Source: Isurus oxyrinchus
Lineage: Eukaryota
Direction of reading: 5' to 3'
NCBI GenBank assembly: GCA_026770705.1
Contig: JANJGN010000011.1
Location: forward strand, 71,982,001 to 72,046,000
Length of the DNA stretch: 64,000 nt
The notes beneath the pieces are model-generated. The model was not told where the DNA came from. It worked only from the letters and a program-made list of their open reading frames with translations, and did no database searches. Position 1 is the stretch's first letter. Each line of letters opens with the position of its first letter. Below, piece after piece: positions 61,599-64,000 of this stretch. The position numbers and the translations under genes were made by a program.

Positions 61599-62297
61599 GG
61601 GCAGAATTTTGCCCTTGATGGGTGGGCGGGCCTGACCGATTCAGCGGCAGACGGGCAGCCAATTGCCGCCGCTGAAACCGGCCCCACTGCCATTTTAAGT
61701 GGGCGGGCCAATTAAGGCCCATCCAGCATGTTGCCCAATGGGAAGCAATGTGCGATTCCTGTGCGGTTGGGGGCGTGGAGGATTCCCCAACTGTCAGAGT
61801 CCGCTCTTTCACGCATGCGCACGAAAGAGCGCACATCTCCCTGAAACACACCACATAATCTAAGTGCTGACTCAGGGAGATCGCTGAAACTCTGTGAAAC
61901 TCTAAAAATAGAAAAATTTTAAAATCATTAACGTTCCCCTCATGTGAAAATGTCACATGTGATGGTTCATGTTAGTGAAGAACACAAACACTTCATTAAA
62001 AGTTTTTAAACCTGATATCAAACCTCATCCTGTCACTGGATGAGGTTTGTAAAAAAATCACTTACCAGCCGGCCTGTTGGGCCCGTGTGCCGAGCCGAAG
62101 TTCGCACGGGCCCCTCAAAATCCTGGTCGATTGGTAAGTTAATGGCCTTAACAAGGCCTTTAATTAACGGTGGGCGCGCCTCCCGCTGCATAGCGCACTC
62201 ACCGACAGAAATATCGCGATGCTGCACACTGACGCCAGGATGCTTGCACGACATTTTAAGCGCTGGTGTGTGAGCTCCGCCACCCACACGTCTGCCC
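61599..62297. mobile_element. Harbinger-type MITE
   Basis: Termini GGGCAGAATTTT / TCTGCCC. Same internal palindromes as 49502-50131. Confidence 0.8.
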
Positions 62298-62506
62298 TGA
62301 TATGACTGCATCAATGCTTATAAATCTGGTAAAGTTTTTTTTATGGGCATCTCACCAGGCAATTGACTGGATTGTCTTAATGATCATCAATCTATATTCT
62401 GTCAGTTTAATGTTTGTGAGCTTGATTTGGATGCTAAACGCACCAGAATGACTTCAGAAGTAAATCCTAAGCTGTGAAATTCAATTCTGTGGTATTCTGA
62501 ATACAG

Positions 62507-62680
62507 GACCTTTGCATGGTCTCATTGTGCCCTTGCGTAAAGGGCTGTGCACCTGGAAATGGGGAAGGAAATTCACTGCTGTGGCAGGTCTCACAAGTCT
62601 GCAGCAGCAGCAACAGCAGCAAAGTCCAAAAATCAAGCATGAGAAGGTCTTCAGCCCAATGTCCTTGGAAAAGAAAAAAG
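62507..62680 (+). other. Candidate internal exon of an unidentified transcript
   Basis: TACAG|GACC...AAAAAG|GTAAAC, 174 nt (multiple of 3), two frames open, short CAG/CAA run. A further acceptor TTTTTTTTGCAG lies at 63081-63092. Confidence 0.35.
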
Positions 62681-64000
62681 GTAAACTCTGGATCCTGTGT
62701 CTTTCCTGCCTGTCTTCTTCCATCCTTTGATAGGGAAGTAATTTGGCATCTTCTGGACTTCTTTAAAAATGGGTGCCAGCCAGCAAGTGAACAAGCAAAT
62801 GAGATGGGTGCACCAAGAATGTCATCTCCCATGCCATTAATATTATAACCATTAAACGTATGCTTATTGAAGTCTTAAACATTCTGCATCATCACCCCCA
62901 GAAATAGTGGAATTTACTAAAAAGCCTTAAGACCTGCTATCACACATTGTGTACATTGCAACACTCCTGGGGTGCAAATGAGAAGAAATCAGCACCTTAG
63001 TTATTATTGTGAAAAAGCCAAAAAGATGATATAATATTTATAATTTAGAATACCATCTTTAAAATTCCAGCATCTAAGTGTTTTTTTTGCAGATGTATGA
63101 GGTTGCTGTACTCACGGTTGTCTGGAGGCCTTGTGTTCAGTTAACATGTCAGTCTAAATACCATCAGACCGAGAAGGATTATATTGAAATAAGCAGTGGC
63201 ATTACTTTATAAAGGACATGCTGGGCTCCCATTTAGTTACAACCTGAAGCTATTGATATCCAGCTGTGTAGTTTAATATATCCTTTCTACATGACAACCA
63301 AGCTAACAGTGCTGCATAACTATAATCAATTTTATAGTCAATGTTAAACATATCAGAAGAATTAGATTTAGTTCTGTTCAGGCTAGAGACAACTAATAGT
63401 TTTGGCAGAATTAATTTCTTATTTTTAACATGGTAAAATATTCAGATTATTAAGCTGCATTTCTGATCTCAGCTGCTCTGGACTGATGGGCAACAAAAAA
63501 TTGTTTGTATGGTCCTCGGCAGCCATTTGTCACATAAATTGATGTGTCCTCAATTCACTACTCCTCAGCCAACTGGCCTGAATGGGATGAACATGGAGAG
63601 GAAACTAAAGTTGGAGGGGCACAGTGGGGAGGGCTGTATATCCTGAAAAGAGCGAATCTATCCATGAAAAAAATTCCATTATTAATATAATTACCATCTC
63701 TATCATAGAGTCACAATAGACCTAATATTTTCCAAATATTCAATGAATATTCGTAACCATTCTAAAGATTTCCATGGGGTGATGAAGCAAGGAGTGAGGG
63801 GTGTAGGAGGTAAGTAGCAAGCAGAATCTGAGGAATGGAGGGTGCAGACTGGAATGTATAGGGGCCAAAGATTGCCTAAGTTTGATGGGTATGTGGAAAT
63901 ATTTCAAACGATGATGAGAATTTGAAATACAGGCAGCTCATGGACTTGGGTGATGAGAGGGTTGGTGAATATTTGAGAACTTGTGTGGGTGAAAGCTTGG

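Overview
Eukaryotic, repeat-dominated vertebrate DNA, most likely from a cartilaginous fish (inferred from a Deu-core tRNA SINE resembling dogfish SacSINE1 plus abundant CR1, L2, RTE, Penelope-like and Harbinger relics). No intact host protein-coding gene could be identified; nearly all ORFs in the track are transposon fragments or shadow frames. There is a CpG island at about 20.2-21.35 kb with candidate splice donors on both strands, and a few possible exons. The most notable object is a 5.4-kb LTR element (34135-39576) with a decayed tRNA-Ser PBS and a PPT. It has no recognisable pol and carries one disrupted env-like gene whose reconstructed protein resembles a paramyxo/pneumovirus-F-type fusogen rather than a classical retroviral Env. 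Other points of interest: a single-ORF LINE with a tRNA-like 5' head and SINEs made of that head plus the LINE tail; decayed minimal hammerhead ribozyme motifs in Penelope-like 3' ends; a tandem tRNA-derived retroposon with a 15-bp TSD; and an inverted-arm Penelope insertion. All alignments were done by eye; no searches were run.
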